Assembly: GCF_009914755.1 (NCBI RefSeq)
Contig: NC_060942.1
Length of the DNA stretch: 64,000 nt
From: the human T2T-CHM13v2.0 reference genome, Homo sapiens
Strand: one strand, 5' to 3'
Below the pieces are notes generated by a model. The model did not search any database. It was not told where the DNA came from and saw nothing but the letters and a program-made list of their open reading frames with translations. Shown in pieces: positions 38,299 to 53,113 of this stretch; the first letter of the stretch is position 1; the number at the start of each line of letters is the position of its first letter. The position numbers and the translations under genes were made by a program.

Positions 38299-39203
38299 AG
38301 ACAGGAGACCGATTCTGTGCTGCCATGTCTTCTTAAGGAGGGAACTTGCTGGGGAGATCGGACAGCCCTTTTCATCAGCCCAAATATTTCAGCCCTTCAG
38401 ACATCAGATGGAGTTAGTACCAGAGTCTTAGGAAGGGAAAGGATGTGGTACTGTGGTTTATTTAGCTGCTCTTAATGGTCGGGCATGGTACTGGCCCTTT
38501 GGATGCCTGTCTGATTTCTTCCTCTCAATAAGACCAGAAGTCACCAGCCCACTCAACAGTTGAATAACTTAAGAGTTAGAGGTTGTAGACTTGATCCTCT
38601 TCACAGTGATGGGTAACTCTGGGAAGAGTTATATTGACTATGTAAAACTTTATAAAGATAGTCATGAACTTAGTAACCAGGTTAAGGCTGAAGACAACTT
38701 TCTAAAAAATTTTTTTGAAACTAGAGAAAATGGTTACAATTATTTCAAAGTCTTGTATTTTCTTATTAAAAATTTAAAAATCAGATAAAAAGTACCTTCT
38801 GCTCCCCAGCAGTGTACACCATACTCTGTTCAGCCCTTAGAAAGCCATGAGAGAAAGTGGGGGTTTTGCTGTGGCTTAGCTCTACAGATCTGGTAGTAGA
38901 TATATTTTTCCACAAGATTTTAAACTCTGAGATTGCTGGGGTTTTTGACTGTTTTGTTCACAACTGTATTCCTAGAGCCAAAAAGAGTGCCCACTACATA
39001 GCAAATACTCAATAAATATTTGTTGAATGAGTCCACTAATAAATGTAAGTTTAATCAGAAGAGACAGTTAAACTTGTGCAAAATAACAAAATGTAGCTCC
39101 AGGATATTTTGCCTAGAACGTCAGATCCAAGGGCCATTCAGAAAGAAAATGACAGGTACTGGATGCTGTTATTGGAGAATATAATGGGCTTCTATTTGCT
39201 TTT

Positions 39204-39563
39204 TGCTATGGTCTGCATGCTAGTGTGGCCTGAAAATTTATTTATCAAAATCCTAACTCTCAAAGTAAAGGCATTAAAAGGTAGGACCTTTTGTGAGGTC
39301 ATTAGGTCTTGAGGGTGGAGCCCTCATGAATGGGATTAGTGGCCTCATACAATAGGCTTGAGTGAGTTTGCCTCTTCCACTATGTGAGGACACAGCAAGG
39401 TACTATCTATGAACCGAGAAATGGGCCCTCACCAGACACCAAATCTACTGGCACCTTGATCTTGGACTTCTGAGCTTCCAGAACTGCGAGAAATAAATTT
39501 TTGTTGTTTATAAGCTACACAGTCTATAGCACTTGGTTATAGCAGCATGAATGGACTAAGACA
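39204..39563 (+). mobile_element. MLT1A-type solo LTR
   Basis: TGCTATGG...gagggtggagccctcatgaatgggattagtg...ggcaccttgatcttggactt...ggactaagaCA. Confidence 0.88.
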
Positions 39564-41135
39564 CTCTTCCTAGAGATGGACCTGGAGTTGGACATTAATG
39601 GATGGATAGGTGGCTAGGAGTAGAAAGGATAATTTTGGATGCGAGAGAGGCCTGAGCAAAGCACAGGGTGTGAGTGCGGGAGGATGCTGAGTAGAGGTGA
39701 GCCAGCTGAGGCTTCAAGAGGCCACGGGACTTGCCCAGGATGTGCCACTTGGGAGTAAGTGCATCTAAACCCAGGAAATCTGGCTCCAGGCTCAGTCTGT
39801 GTTTCTTTGATAAATGCAGATGATGGGCAGGAGGAGATAGGCTGTGAGAAGCTGTTTCCATGGCAGAGAGGAACCTCGTGGGATGGTGAACACCCTTCCT
39901 CCTGATGTCCTCTGAGTCACACACATTTCCTATCTATGGAGGTCTTCTTGCTGCTTCCTTTTCACCACTCAGGAAGTGGGAGCAATATTAACCCAGCCAC
40001 TTCTAAGTAGATGAGCATTAATCAGAGAACCACTTGGGAATTTCTAGGTGAAAAGTTGTGCATAAAAACAGAGCATTTCTATACCAGCAAGTGGTGAAAA
40101 ATAAAGGACATTCAAAGAATATTATCATATAACATGATTTTTGCATAGAGAATTCAGACAGACTGCTTTTGCAGACTTAAGTAATCCCAGGATGAAAGGT
40201 ACTATATATATGCAAAGTATTATTATTATTATCCAGTGGTAGAAAAGAAGGGCATTTCAAAGAATGTTTCAGTACAATACAATTTTACTTTGCACAGAGA
40301 GTTCAAGGGAAAAGGCTTTATTTTATAGACTTAAATAATATCGTTATGGAGCTACAGTAAAATAAATAATACAGATATGGTGTTAAAATAAATAATACAG
40401 TTAGGAGGCTTAAATAAATAATGGTGGAAAGAGAAGAGAAATTAAGAGTCCTGGGAAAAGGCAGGGGGAGACGCAATTTTGAATTATAAGTGGTAGACGA
40501 TTGAGGTCCAAAGAGTCCTAAAATATTCAGGATGTATCTGCACTGACCAAAAAAAAAAAAAAAAAAAAAAAAAGAAAAAAAAGAAAAAAAAGGCACAGGA
40601 CGATTTGCAATTAAGGGATTTATCTTTTATTTTTTAGTGATAGTTTTCCCATTGTTTCAATGACACCGAAGGCATATCAAAACTTTTAGCTGAAAAGTTA
40701 AAAATAATTAAATTCACCATGTTATGGGATTTACACTAAATAACATCCTGGGGTGGGCACTGCTCAAATTTTGTGGTCCCCATGTTTTTTTAGAGGTCTG
40801 GAATCTCATCTTTCTACAGAGACATGATTAAAACACTCCAGGCAGAACAACCAAACCCTTTCTTCAGCTATAAACTTAAGCTGGGTGACTTTCTAGACCT
40901 GATATTCTGAGAATAAAAATGAGCTGGGTGCTTTTCGGAGGGAGCAAGTAAAGGGACTGCCATTTATTTCTCCATGGTTCTGAGCTTGGCAGTGGACCAC
41001 AGGAATCAGGCTCCTGAGGGAGTGTTGGAGATGGAAGGAAAGGGATTAAGAAGCCAGAAAGCTGAAGCTGAGGTGAGCTTCATCCACCCCCAGGACAAAG
41101 GCTGGCAGATTGGGTCCTCTTCGTGGTTGAAGGAA

Positions 41136-41433
<298 letters not shown>

Positions 41434-41525
41434 ATTTGAAGGAATTTTTAAGGTCTTGGGACAATGAAGAGAAACTTCTTGATGAGGAGTATCAGTTCCG
41501 TGCTGGAGACTCACTAGAGCATTCC

Positions 41526-41877
41526 TGATATGGTTTGGCTGTGTCCCCACCCAAATCTCATCTTGAATTCACATGTGTTGCAGGAGGGACCAGGTGGGAC
41601 ATAACTGATTCCTGGGGGCAAGTCTTTCCCATGCTGTTCTCTTGATAGTGAATAAGTCTCATGAGATCTGATGCTGCTATAAGGGGGAGTTCCCCTGTAC
41701 AAGCTCTCTTTGTCTACCGCCATCCACGTAAGATGTGACTTGCTCCTCCTTGCCTTCCGCCATGATTGTGGGCCTCCCCAGCCACGTGGAACTGTGAGTC
41801 CAGTTAAACCTCTTTCTTTTGTAAATTGCCCAGTTTCAGGTATGTCTTTATCAGCAGCGTGAAAACGAATTAATACA
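41526..41877 (+). mobile_element. THE1 (THE1A-like) solo LTR
   Basis: TGATATGGTTTGGCTGTGTCCCCACCCAAATCTC...TAATACA, 352 bp, perfect 5-bp TSD ATTCC. Confidence 0.93.
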
Positions 41878-42248
41878 ATTCCCTTCTCATCCAGATGTGC
41901 CTTTAAATGCCAAGGTGCCATTGTGTTTGCAAAGAACAGCCTAAAGGAAACCTCATTTTTCCAAAGATGGAATAAAGGTCCTAATGGCTCTGTCCTCTAC
42001 CTGTCCATGGAAGCCTAGCTGTGGGTCACAGCCTTCTTTAGCCTGACCTTGGTCCCTTCCAGCCCAGCTCCTTTAGCATGTTCATGTTAGTCTGCTCATT
42101 TTGTCACTTGTCATATATTTTCTTTTCTGTTGAGTAGGCTGTCTCACTGTGTGGGACTTAGGAACTAGACCATGAACTCCCATCTTCTCCTGCCTCTTCC
42201 AGATCATCTAGCTCTGGCCTAGGCATATAGTGACTGTTCAGTGGATAA

Positions 42249-42717
<469 letters not shown>

Positions 42718-45700
42718 TGAAGTTAGATGTCTTCTTGGACAACTCCACATACAGCGTGTCAAGAAAAGCCTCAGGGGGCATTGTTTCCTTAGGAGCAATG
42801 AGATGATGAGCTCCTTGCGATGTTATGTAACTTTGAGGGGAAAGAAAAAATAAAACAAATAGAAAGGCAGAGAAAATATAAATAAAAAAGAGTGCAAAGT
42901 TTTATTGTCAACTGCTGCTGTCACCTCCTGGAACTACAGTCGTATCTAAGAAATATGTGACATACTAATAGGAAGTAATTTACCCAAGGATGTTTTTGTG
43001 CCTTGAATTGCCTTTCCAGCCCGGCTGCGGGAACTTCGCAAGCGTATATGCATGAGAGCCGGCGCGGTGCTTCAGAAACTTCCCAATTTGTGCACAATGT
43101 GACTTTTATAAGGCCATTAAACTCATCTTGGGGAAAAGTGCTCTGGAAAACAGTGATACATGGGGTCTCAAGGAGCCTGCGAAGGCAGACAGAAATGGCA
43201 AAGTGGTGACCGATGCTCTTGGCTAAAGTGACTCTGAGGGGCTGCTGCTTCTCCAGGCTCCCACCTGTTCGTCTGGTTTATTCTCTTTTCCCTACCCTTA
43301 GCAGTGCTTGGAGTTGGAGGGGGTGACTTTCCCTGGCACTATCTTGGATCCAGAAAGCACTGTCTTTTTTAATTTTTGCTGCAATTGGGTGGGCACTCTG
43401 AGACCTGAGGTTGGAACCTGGGCACATGGGATGGTCCTGGGGTTTCACTCTCAGCCTAGAAACAACCACAGAACAGCTGTGACTCCAGGGCCCTGGGGAT
43501 GAAGCTCCACTGTGGCTCTAAGGAGGCCCTCAAAGGCCACACCCATGGCTAGGAGAATCTAGGTATTTACCAGCCTGTGGACCTCAAGTCCTTGGGAGAG
43601 GAAGGGCCCAAAGAGAAGAAAGTCAGGCAGAAAGAGTATAGAGCAAGTACCAAGGAAAGAGGGAGACGGGAGAGAAGCAGGAAGGGTGGTGAAGATGGTA
43701 AGAGAGTCCAGAGTGAGAGAGAAGGAGCAAATCAGAGCCAGAGGACGGTGGAGGGACAGGGAGGAGGATGGGGAGGAAGAAGAACAGGAGAAGGATCAGG
43801 AGACAGCCTGCTTACTTTTTTTTTTTTTTTTCTCAAGTGTCTTCATATGCTTGTTCTGTAAACACAGGCAGAGCCAGGATCAGAATATAGAAACAGTGAA
43901 ATTGTTGAGAGCACCAGAGACAAGAGAGCTGGCTGACAGGGCTGGTGTTGCCCACGGAGAGAGCAGGTAGCCATTTCGAGCGCCCCTGCAAGTTCTGTTG
44001 CTGCAGTAAACACCTCCCTCCTACTTTTATCACAGTGCCTGAAATCCCACTACGATCCCAAGCTCGTTCTTTAAAATACAGCTCCGCCTCAGATGGGGAC
44101 TGTGCAGTCTTCAGAGGCTGAGGGAGCTGGGAGGGTGTTCTCTTTGCTGAGCAGGGCAGTGCAAGGGATGTGCACTGCTTTTGGTGTGGTTGGGGGTCTG
44201 GCTGTGATAAAAAGCCGTGATTCAGGGCTGGGTGGTGAAGGTGGCTGGGCGGGGGTGAGGGCGAGCCTCTCTTGCTTCATCATTTGACTAGGGAGCAGGG
44301 CTCTGTGTGCAAAGACACCAGGAAAGGGACCTGAGGGTGCTCACTGGTTGCAGGTGACTTCACAGGGACAGGGGAAGGGAAAGGAGTAGGGAGTCTTTAA
44401 TTTGTACTCTGGCTGGTGTATCTCTCCGTGTGTCCTAGCTTGGGAAAAAAGAAATGAGCCCTTTATCAATTTTTAATAAATTGAAATGACAAATAATCCA
44501 TTTAATAAATTATTAACTGAGAAAATTACTGAAAACTGAAATATCAAACAATCGTGAGCAAATGCTCGAAGCAGCGTGTTTATTAATAACGAGTCCTGCT
44601 GCAGGAGAGTGCTGATGCTGTGGGTCCTATAGCCTCTGCCCCAACCCCACCGAGGCCTGGAGTGTCGGGGACCTCAGGCTGGGCATGCGCAGGGGTACGC
44701 TTGGGTGCAAGTGTGGGGTCCAAGGCAAATGGAAGTTACTTTTGCCCTTGGTCCCTATAGCTGGCCGGTTCACAGACAGCTCTTGGGTAGGGAATACGGA
44801 CCTGGCACTTTGATGGTCACCAGGATGAAGTCCCCACATTCCTCCCTGATGGTACCGGAAGGGGGCTAGAAGTAATCCTACCCCTGGGGGGTTAGTTCTT
44901 TAAATTAAGAGCTGTATCCTCAGGATAAATTATATATATATGTGTTTATGAAGTCTTGTGTCTATAGAAAGGTTGATGCCAACCTGTGATCTGCCTCTAG
45001 TGATGACCAGCTGAGCCTGCTGCCCTGTCGCAGGCCTCACAGGCTGCAGCTGGAGGCCTGGGGCACTTCCTGATGGGAGAAGCCTGAGTGTGAAGGCACT
45101 GGCTAGGGAGAGGTCTCCTTTGACATGCCTGAATGGCCTTCAGGCTCCAGATCCTGAGTGGCATCTCTAAGAAGCTTCCCTCTCACCTCTCTTGGAACTT
45201 CTGCTTTTACAGGCAGTCACACAAATTTGTCCAGCATGACTGGGGTGCAGGCAGGAGTGGCTGAGGGGGCCTCTCACCACATTTCTGGCATGGTCATCTC
45301 TGCATTGGGTCTGTGGTGAGGGACAACTGGCATCATCCTCCCTGAAGTGCCTGCTTTCTTTAGAAGCATAGCCCAGCCAGACTGCTGGCCTCTGCTCTTC
45401 CGAGGCTGCCGTGGCCTGGAAACACTTCTCCACTATAGCCCTACTGTGGGGCTTGGGGCTGGTAGGGTCAGCTGACCTCCCTATGTCCTAGTTCCTTTAT
45501 CTGTAAAATGGGGATAATAATAAACAGGGTTATTTGATGACTGGGATGGAAACAGTCCCATTATATAAATACAATACAGCAGTTTGGGATGACAGGCTGT
45601 AGGCTCGAAGATGGTGCTGCAATGGGTATTTTTAGGAAGGAGGGAAGGGGGGAGGGATGAGTGGTTTATAAATGTTTGTTGCATTAAAAAATGTGCTAGT

Positions 45701-48700
45701 TTGAATTGTGCAGAACAGAGTATCATTTGTTTCTAGAAAAATTCACTGCTGTGGAAATGAATTAGTTTACATTGAATATGTGATGGTTCAGAGAAAGGAA
45801 TATTAACCCAATTTGCATTTCTTTGAACTGAAATAAATTATTGCCATGTTTGCATTAGTTGGGTCAACTGGATGTGATTGGGCAGACTTGCCGTGGGGAA
45901 GGCTGGTCTTGGGCTTGGAGGTGTGCGATATGGTTGATGTGTACAGATCAGCAAGCACCTTCCAAATCTGGGCTTATTAACCTTTTGGGGGACTGCAGAC
46001 CCCTATGGGGGTTTGATGAAAGCAGTGTGCACAGCCGCCCTGTACAATTGCTTATGAATCTCAGCAGACTCTCTGAGTCTTTTACCCTCTCATGATCCAG
46101 AGGTAAAGGTCCCTACCCATTGTCTTGGTGTCCCATGGTCAGATCATAGCACAGATTGGTCAGAGCCCTATTTCTGAGGTCTCTCCCATCTGTGGAAATA
46201 AAACAGAACTTTGGTTCCAAAGAGGAAATCAGCCAAAGGCCAGTTCACATATGTGCTGTGACCTGGGGGTTTTGGACATTTTGAACCTACGTAAGACACA
46301 TTCCCAGCTGTGAGAAGGTGCTGGCTGTGTCACCTGCAGCCCTGTCAATCATCAGAATTGACATGGTGGGACTGGCCAGCAAGCCATGGCCTCTTCCTCC
46401 CTCTCTTCTGTATGTTGATGCCTGCTGAAATTGCATTCTGAACTAAATAAAGAATGCTCCCTGAAGACAAGCGGGTGCCAGTGTCTGGGTTTTTCCAAGC
46501 CTGGCCCTGGTCCTAGCCCCAGTAGTTCCCCACTGGGGCGGTGGGTGGGGAGACATCAGCACAGCCAGTCAGCAGGTCAGTGTGATACAAACTCTTCAAT
46601 GCCTGACAAATGGGGTATTGGTCATTGGTGGCAATGTGTGAATTCTGACAGCATCATGTGGACAGCAGGTGACTCGTGTAGATGGACATCAAAATGTAAA
46701 GAGACATCGAGTAGAAACAGAAGCTACAAGAGCCTCACACCCAGACTTGCCCTGTGAGCCTGTTGGACCAAATCGGCCTCAGCACCCCTAAGCCCACCAT
46801 GGTTGGGGAGAGAGTGAGCACGGGAGGCAGAGGAAGAATCATCTCACCTCTCATCAAATAGAGGGCAGTAAAACTTTAGCTAATTAGCAACCAGTTGCCA
46901 GAGAGTATTATTTAATTAATTCCCCCATCTGAATTCACTTTTATTGGAAAGAGGCAACCACAAGAAAACAAGATGAGAAGCAGAGACTTAATGTAAAAAA
47001 TAACTTTGGGGGAAAGTCGCCTTCATGTCACTTCTCTGCTTAAAACCCGTCAATGGTGTCTTAGCAATTTCAGGATAAAGCTCAAATCTCATAACTTAGT
47101 ATATAACTCATCACACCCTACTTGACCAGTAGTACTGAGATTTTTGCACTTTCCAGATATGTTATGCTCTCTTGCTCTCTTACCTCCACTTGGGGCCCCT
47201 TCTGCCCCTCCTCATCCCAAGTCATATCCTCTGGACAGTTTCCCAGGCCCTAGACTGTGTTTGAGCCTCTGCGATAACACTTATTATATTATGCATTAAT
47301 AGCAAGAGAGGCTGGTATGACCAGCCAGCCCATGGGCTCCTCAGGCCTGATTCACTGTAGCATCCATGAGGTCAGCCACATGGGAGGAGGTTGGTGAACG
47401 CATCTTGAACTCATGCATTCATAACGTGATGACTCAGTGAAGGAAATGGGGTCAGTTTCATTGTCCCGCAGCCCACCCAATCCAATGATTACCTCTACAA
47501 CATAAAATACGACTTGCATTTACCAAGCTTCTCTCACTTGTAAAGTGGAGATCATACAGTCCACCTGATGCTCCTTATGAGGGGAAATGAGCTAATACAC
47601 ATAAAAAGCAGTGCCTGGCACTCCAAGAGTGCTTAATGAATGTTAGCTATTATTCTGCACAAATAAGTTGATAGTGGCCCATCCCAGTACTGTTCTGGAA
47701 ACAAGTAAGTGAAAGTGATTTCCTCTGTTGTTAGAATCACCATTAGCAACTAGTTAGTGAAAATGCTTCCAGAACACAATGTCTGGGAGAGGGGTGGGCT
47801 GGGTAGGCCAGGAGAATATCTCAGTCAGACCTGGGATCAGGAATCAGACTTTTAGGGTTCACCAGGACTCTCTACTCAGGCTGTTGGTGTTGCCAGATGT
47901 CAAGGTTGGATTGGGGAAATGGTAGTCAGGCAGGGATGGAGGAAACTCCTAGAAGAGCCCGTGCCAATCTCTAGCTAGGCTTTATTTAAGTTATGGGAAG
48001 GAATCCATGCTGGGTAAATGAGGTAATGAATGTGCAAGTGCTTTGCAAACTGCAAAGTGCTATACAAATGTGAAGCATTATTACACTCATCTATTTCTCT
48101 TCTTTGTGTTCCCAGGGTTTCCTAATAAGAGCTCTTTTTGAAAGTCCTAGCCTGACTTTGGGTAACTAAAAGGAAAGGGTGTGTGCAGTGTGGTAAATTG
48201 GGGGTTTTATGTACCCTGAGTATAGCAGAGGTCCTGGCAGGGAGAGCAGAGACTTGCTGGCAACAGGAATTGGGGAGTGAAGATGCTGAACGTCACACAG
48301 TGATTAATCCCTTCCGATCTGGGATGTTTTCCAGTTCCAGGGGCCATCCTGGAGCTGCTCAAACCATTCTAGAGAGACAGGATGGCCTGAGCTGAGAAGG
48401 GTGGGAGCAAACCCAGGGTCCTCGTGGCTGAGAGTAAGTGCAGGCTGTCATGGGAAAAGTTCTCATCCCTGAGTCTGCATTTGTAACTCAGTCACCCAGC
48501 CTGGCTCAGCACAATGCAAACCATTTCCAGCTGCTTTGTGTAAGGAATAAGGACTGGCTTGAGAAGAAGGGAAGAGATCTGCCCCTAATATCCCTGATTA
48601 TCTCAGCAGCATGGATTCACCAGCCTGATTTGCTGCTTCTTCCTGCATCCAGCCTGCTCCTGGGTCTCCTTCCCCACCTCACAGCCATGGCAACCAAATG

Positions 48701-50269
48701 CACGGGCTTGTGAAGACCAGCAGCCCAACTTCAGCAAGGTCTCGCTGGCCTGGACAGAAGAGCCAAGGTACCAGATCCATTTCCAAGGCAAAAGTCCCCA
48801 AGTTTACAGTTAAACTCAACTTGCTTATTTGTGGATTTTGCTGGGGCACAGTAGCCCCACCTAAAGGGAGTCACATGAAATCTTAGCCTTTTACTTGTCA
48901 CAGAGTATAAGAATAAAACCTTTGATGATTGAACGGATTATCCTCAGGATAACATCTGTGATTCTTCATGAGAGTTATGTCTTCTTAAACCCTTGGAAGC
49001 TGTCAACACTACAGATTTCCCAAAGCACCAAGCTGCAAACAGCAGATTGCTCTCAAGCAATGATGCTGAAGCATGAAGCAAGAATCATGTTCCCATATCA
49101 GTGTTTTCACTGCTCTGAACCCAGCACCTAGCACAGCTCCTGATAGAGCTGTGTCAAACATGACAGAACTCCTGATAGAGCTGAGAGTCAACATGTCCGT
49201 TCAATGAGTGAATAGGAGTGGGCTATCCCAATGCAAATTTCAAAGCTCTCAGCAAGACAAGGTGGAGGTAAGTTCTTTGCCCAATTGTTAGCTGATTTTT
49301 ACATGATTAGCCATATCTCATCATTTCCCCAAATAAGTGGGTGTGATTTGGATAGGTTGTGGAGGAAGGAAAGGACAATGGTGGTCGTTGAAGAATTCTA
49401 CAAACCAAAGATAGGAGTGGGAAATGAGCGTGGCATGCTCACCGGACAATGAAAACTCTACCTTAATTTTTATTAAACTAGAAGACCAGATATTAAACTT
49501 TCTCTAATTGAGTCACTTGTTTTATCTGAGACTGGATTGAGTTTTAAGAAAACCATATGAATATTCACTCCTCCTCTTTCTCCTCCCTCAAATATTCATT
49601 GGTTTCAATGAATATTCATTCCTCCTTTTTCTTTCCCTCAAAGAAAATTCAATCAGTCTTGGATAAAACTACACTTACAATGGAAGCAGGAAAGAAGGGA
49701 CCTAAGCCATTGTCCGGTCCTGCTGTTGTCAATCTTTAGAGCATATCAAAATCATCTGTGAAACTTTAGAAACTTTAGGAATGATAGGTGTCCAGGCCCC
49801 AGCGCAAGCCTACTCAACCAGGACTTCCAAGAGCAGAGCCAGGGTGGAAAGGTGACAAAGCTCCGTAGGTGATATTCATGTTCTGAGAATGATCCTGATG
49901 CATAGTCCTGCATGTCACCCAATCCACTGGAACTTCTACAACATAAAGAGAGTTACTTATTTATATGGCACTTGCTAGTTTCTGTGGCTTCTTAAAGTGT
50001 GTCCCCAAATCAACTTCCACATCTCATGTGTCCTCAGATTGGGGTCGAGGGCAGAGGGACCCTTTGTTGTCCACAAAGGGCAGCATGCCCACTGGTCCTT
50101 GCTTTTAGGTTGGTTATATTGCTGAGAGCATGGCATCCGATGGGGAGTTTAGATGGAGGTGGGGGAGAGGGAGAGCACAGGACGTTAGCCAGAGGGGCTG
50201 TCAGTGTAGCACCTCTGTGGCAGCTCTCTACAAAAACTGGAGCTGGTGCATTCCTGGCCTGATTTGGTC

Positions 50270-50470
50270 ATTCACTCATTTATTTTTCATTCCTTTGTCA
50301 ATTATTTGGTGAGTACCTAGTACGTGCTAAGGACTGCAGACACCACAGTGTACAAGATAGCCATGTCCCTGCCTCATGGATCTGAGAGTCTGAGATGGGG
50401 AGATACAGATAATAAATAAGTCAACAAATAAATAACTTTTATACAGATTTTAGTGTGGTGAGAGAAATGA
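50270..50470 (-). mobile_element. L2 3' end
   Basis: cattcactcatttattt...gagtacctagtacgtgctaagg...tccctgcctcatgga. Confidence 0.65.
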
Positions 50471-51924
50471 ACGGCGTACAGCTGTAACTGATAATGACAG
50501 TCCTCAGAAATAGCTCTAAGCTCCTTTTCAAACTCTTTTACCACTACCCAAACCCACATTGAATCAGACAAAGTGGTCTTCTGTGTGCGTGTTACACTGG
50601 CTAATTATGCCTATTTCCTGCCCAGGAAACCCTTCCCGTGATCTCTCCATCCTCTTCCACCTGTCTCACTTTCTCTGTATGATTTACACCTTAGCATTTG
50701 GTAATGCCAAATATTTCACAGATGAAGCAGCTGAGATCTGGACAGCTGAACTGTCCTGTTCCAGAGCCAACAGCCAGCAAGTGGGGGTCTTCAAATCCAC
50801 CCTTGTCCTTCTCCCACAATGTTCCACCCACCTTGGCCTCTCTGCAGCCCCCAGAGTAGTTGTTGCAATTCCTTGTCTTTTAAAACATTTTACTTTATTA
50901 TAATCAAGACTTTCAATTAACTTTTCTTTGTAGAAACGACTGTATTAGGCAAAAGTTTGTGTGGGATCCAATAAAACATCAGATGATATTGAGCATACGT
51001 CAGGCAAAGCCTGCAGCCCAATAAGTTATTATGTGTAAATGTTACAACTTTATTTTGAGGAGAATACATGTGTACTATCAAGCTGTTTTATGGATACGCA
51101 GTGTGATTGATTACAGCATGCAGATCTGTCGCAACAAGATAAACTCAGATAGAATAATCTGTGGATATTTAGGCCTCTGCAATTTGTTATCCAGAGATGA
51201 CTCTAGAAATGATAATTTCTTCCATTTCAGCAATTTCTCTCTTTCCGTCCCCAGTAAAAACCCTTTTCCAGAGTGCTGATGTCTGATGCCAGGGTCCTCT
51301 TCTTGCTTCCGTCTTTTTCCAGTTGCTCAACAGGAAGCAATGGAAAGTTGTATTTGCCATCAATGCTGCTGCAGGAGCAGCTGGGACTTGGCCCAGAGTG
51401 GGCAGGTGCTGAGGGTTGAGAGCTAGGGCTGCTGCCTGAGAAACAGCCTCTGCTTTTAAGCTAACAAAAAAGCAACCACAAAAATAATCACCATGATTTG
51501 TTTAACACAGAAAACAGTTTCGGTAAAATGGATTACATCAGGTAGCCAACTATTTTGCAGATCAGCCCCAAGCAACTTGTTGCTAAAAAATGACTGGATT
51601 GAATTCATCGGCAACTTTTCAAAGAACAATTTGTCTGGGGAACGAAGAGTTGCTTGAATGAATTAAATCAAGCCCCAGCCCCCACTTCTTCCTTGAAGCC
51701 ATTGCCCATTACCTTGGGATACAGTGACTTCCTCTGAGCTCCTCTAAGAGTCCGGGACCCCTCTTTTGATAATGAGTCACCAATGTCCATTCCCTTGGAT
51801 TCCTGTCCTGAGTTATGACTTCTCTTTGATTTAGATGAATTACCATGTGCATGGAGAGAAGCCATGGCCCAAGGATGGGAATTGCAGATCTGGAGGCTGA
51901 AGCCCCGCATTGGCATCCTGGCTC

Positions 51925-52080
51925 TACTCCCACTGGTTCTGTCACCCTGGGCAAGGCACTTCTCCCAAGCTGCAGTTCCGCCAACTGAGAAGCAGAGACA
52001 ATGACACTTGTTCCGCTCACCTTGCAGGGTTGTTGTGAGAAGGAAATAAAGTATTTGGAAGCACTTTATAAACTGTGTAA
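51925..52080 (+). mobile_element. MIR SINE (degenerate)
   Basis: ctgtcaccctgggcaaggcactt...cagggttgttgtgagaaggaaata...aagcactttataaactgt. Confidence 0.65.
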
Positions 52081-52674
52081 TTCTATTCAAGAAATACTTA
52101 TGAGGCCACTAAGACCACTTCACCTGCTTTGGGTGTAAATATGACCATTTTGACTTTATTTTCCTGATCAATCACTTAAGACCTCAACTGCTTTTATCGT
52201 CAGGAAGTCCAGCTTCTCATTTTGTTTCCCCCATTTGCATTCCCCCAAAAGCAGAGGGAGAAGAAACTGAAAGCCCCCTCTGTTTATGACACTGCTACTT
52301 GGTGGTGGGGGAGGGGTGTCTTTGCTGCATTCTGGTCCACAGGGCCTGTGATGTCTGTGGGCTCCTGCCTGGCACCCTGATCATGCTCTTGTGGGTGCAA
52401 GTCCCTGTACCAGCAGCTACTCCTGTGTTTCCCATGCTTGGGTCCTCACTCACACACTCTCATGTGCTAGGCCACTGTTTCCCTAAAGCTTCTCCAGAGT
52501 GACTGGGTCCTGAAGCATTTCCCATTTCTACCATGTCCTGTGTCAGAATCGCTTTGTCCCTATAAAATCTCATGGCCCCCAGGCCTAGTCACAAGTTCAC
52601 ATCCCCTTTTCACTCTTTGGAGGTCCCCTTTGGGGCCCCAGTTATCGTTACTCGGCCGATTAGCATTCTGAGTA

Positions 52675-52900
52675 GGAGAAATGACTCTAGAGTTGGCCTG
52701 TCTCCGTTCAAATTCCAGCTTCACCACTTCCTAGAGAGAATTACTTAGGATCTCTGTGCCTCAGCTTTCTCAGCTGGAAAGTGGAAATAAAAATGGTCTC
52801 ATCTCATGGGGTGTTGTAAAATTACATGAGATAATAGATATAAAGATTCCTCTTAGAAGAGTGTCTGGCACAGATTAAGCACTAAAGGTGCTATTAGCTG
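52675..52900 (+). mobile_element. MIR SINE
   Basis: gttcaaattccagcttcaccacttcctag...tctctgtgcctcagctttctca...atgagataat. Confidence 0.75.
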
Positions 52901-53113
52901 TTTTCTACTCTGACTGAATGACTGATCATGGTCCCTGTGGTTCACATGTGTGCTTTTACTACGGGGATTAGGACATGGGTTTTCCCCCACTCCAAAGGCA
53001 GCTGTCTTCATTACATTACATTAGGGCTCCAGGAGCCTTCTGCCCTTTGCTTCCGGTGCCACTTAGCAAGAGTTGGATCTTCTAAGTTAAACAAAAAGGG
53101 GAAGAGGGAAGGT

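Noticed and set aside
49111-49640. Short local duplications (ctcctgatagagctg x2; atgaatattca...ccctcaaa x2)
   Set aside because: Ordinary slippage-type duplications with no further structure.
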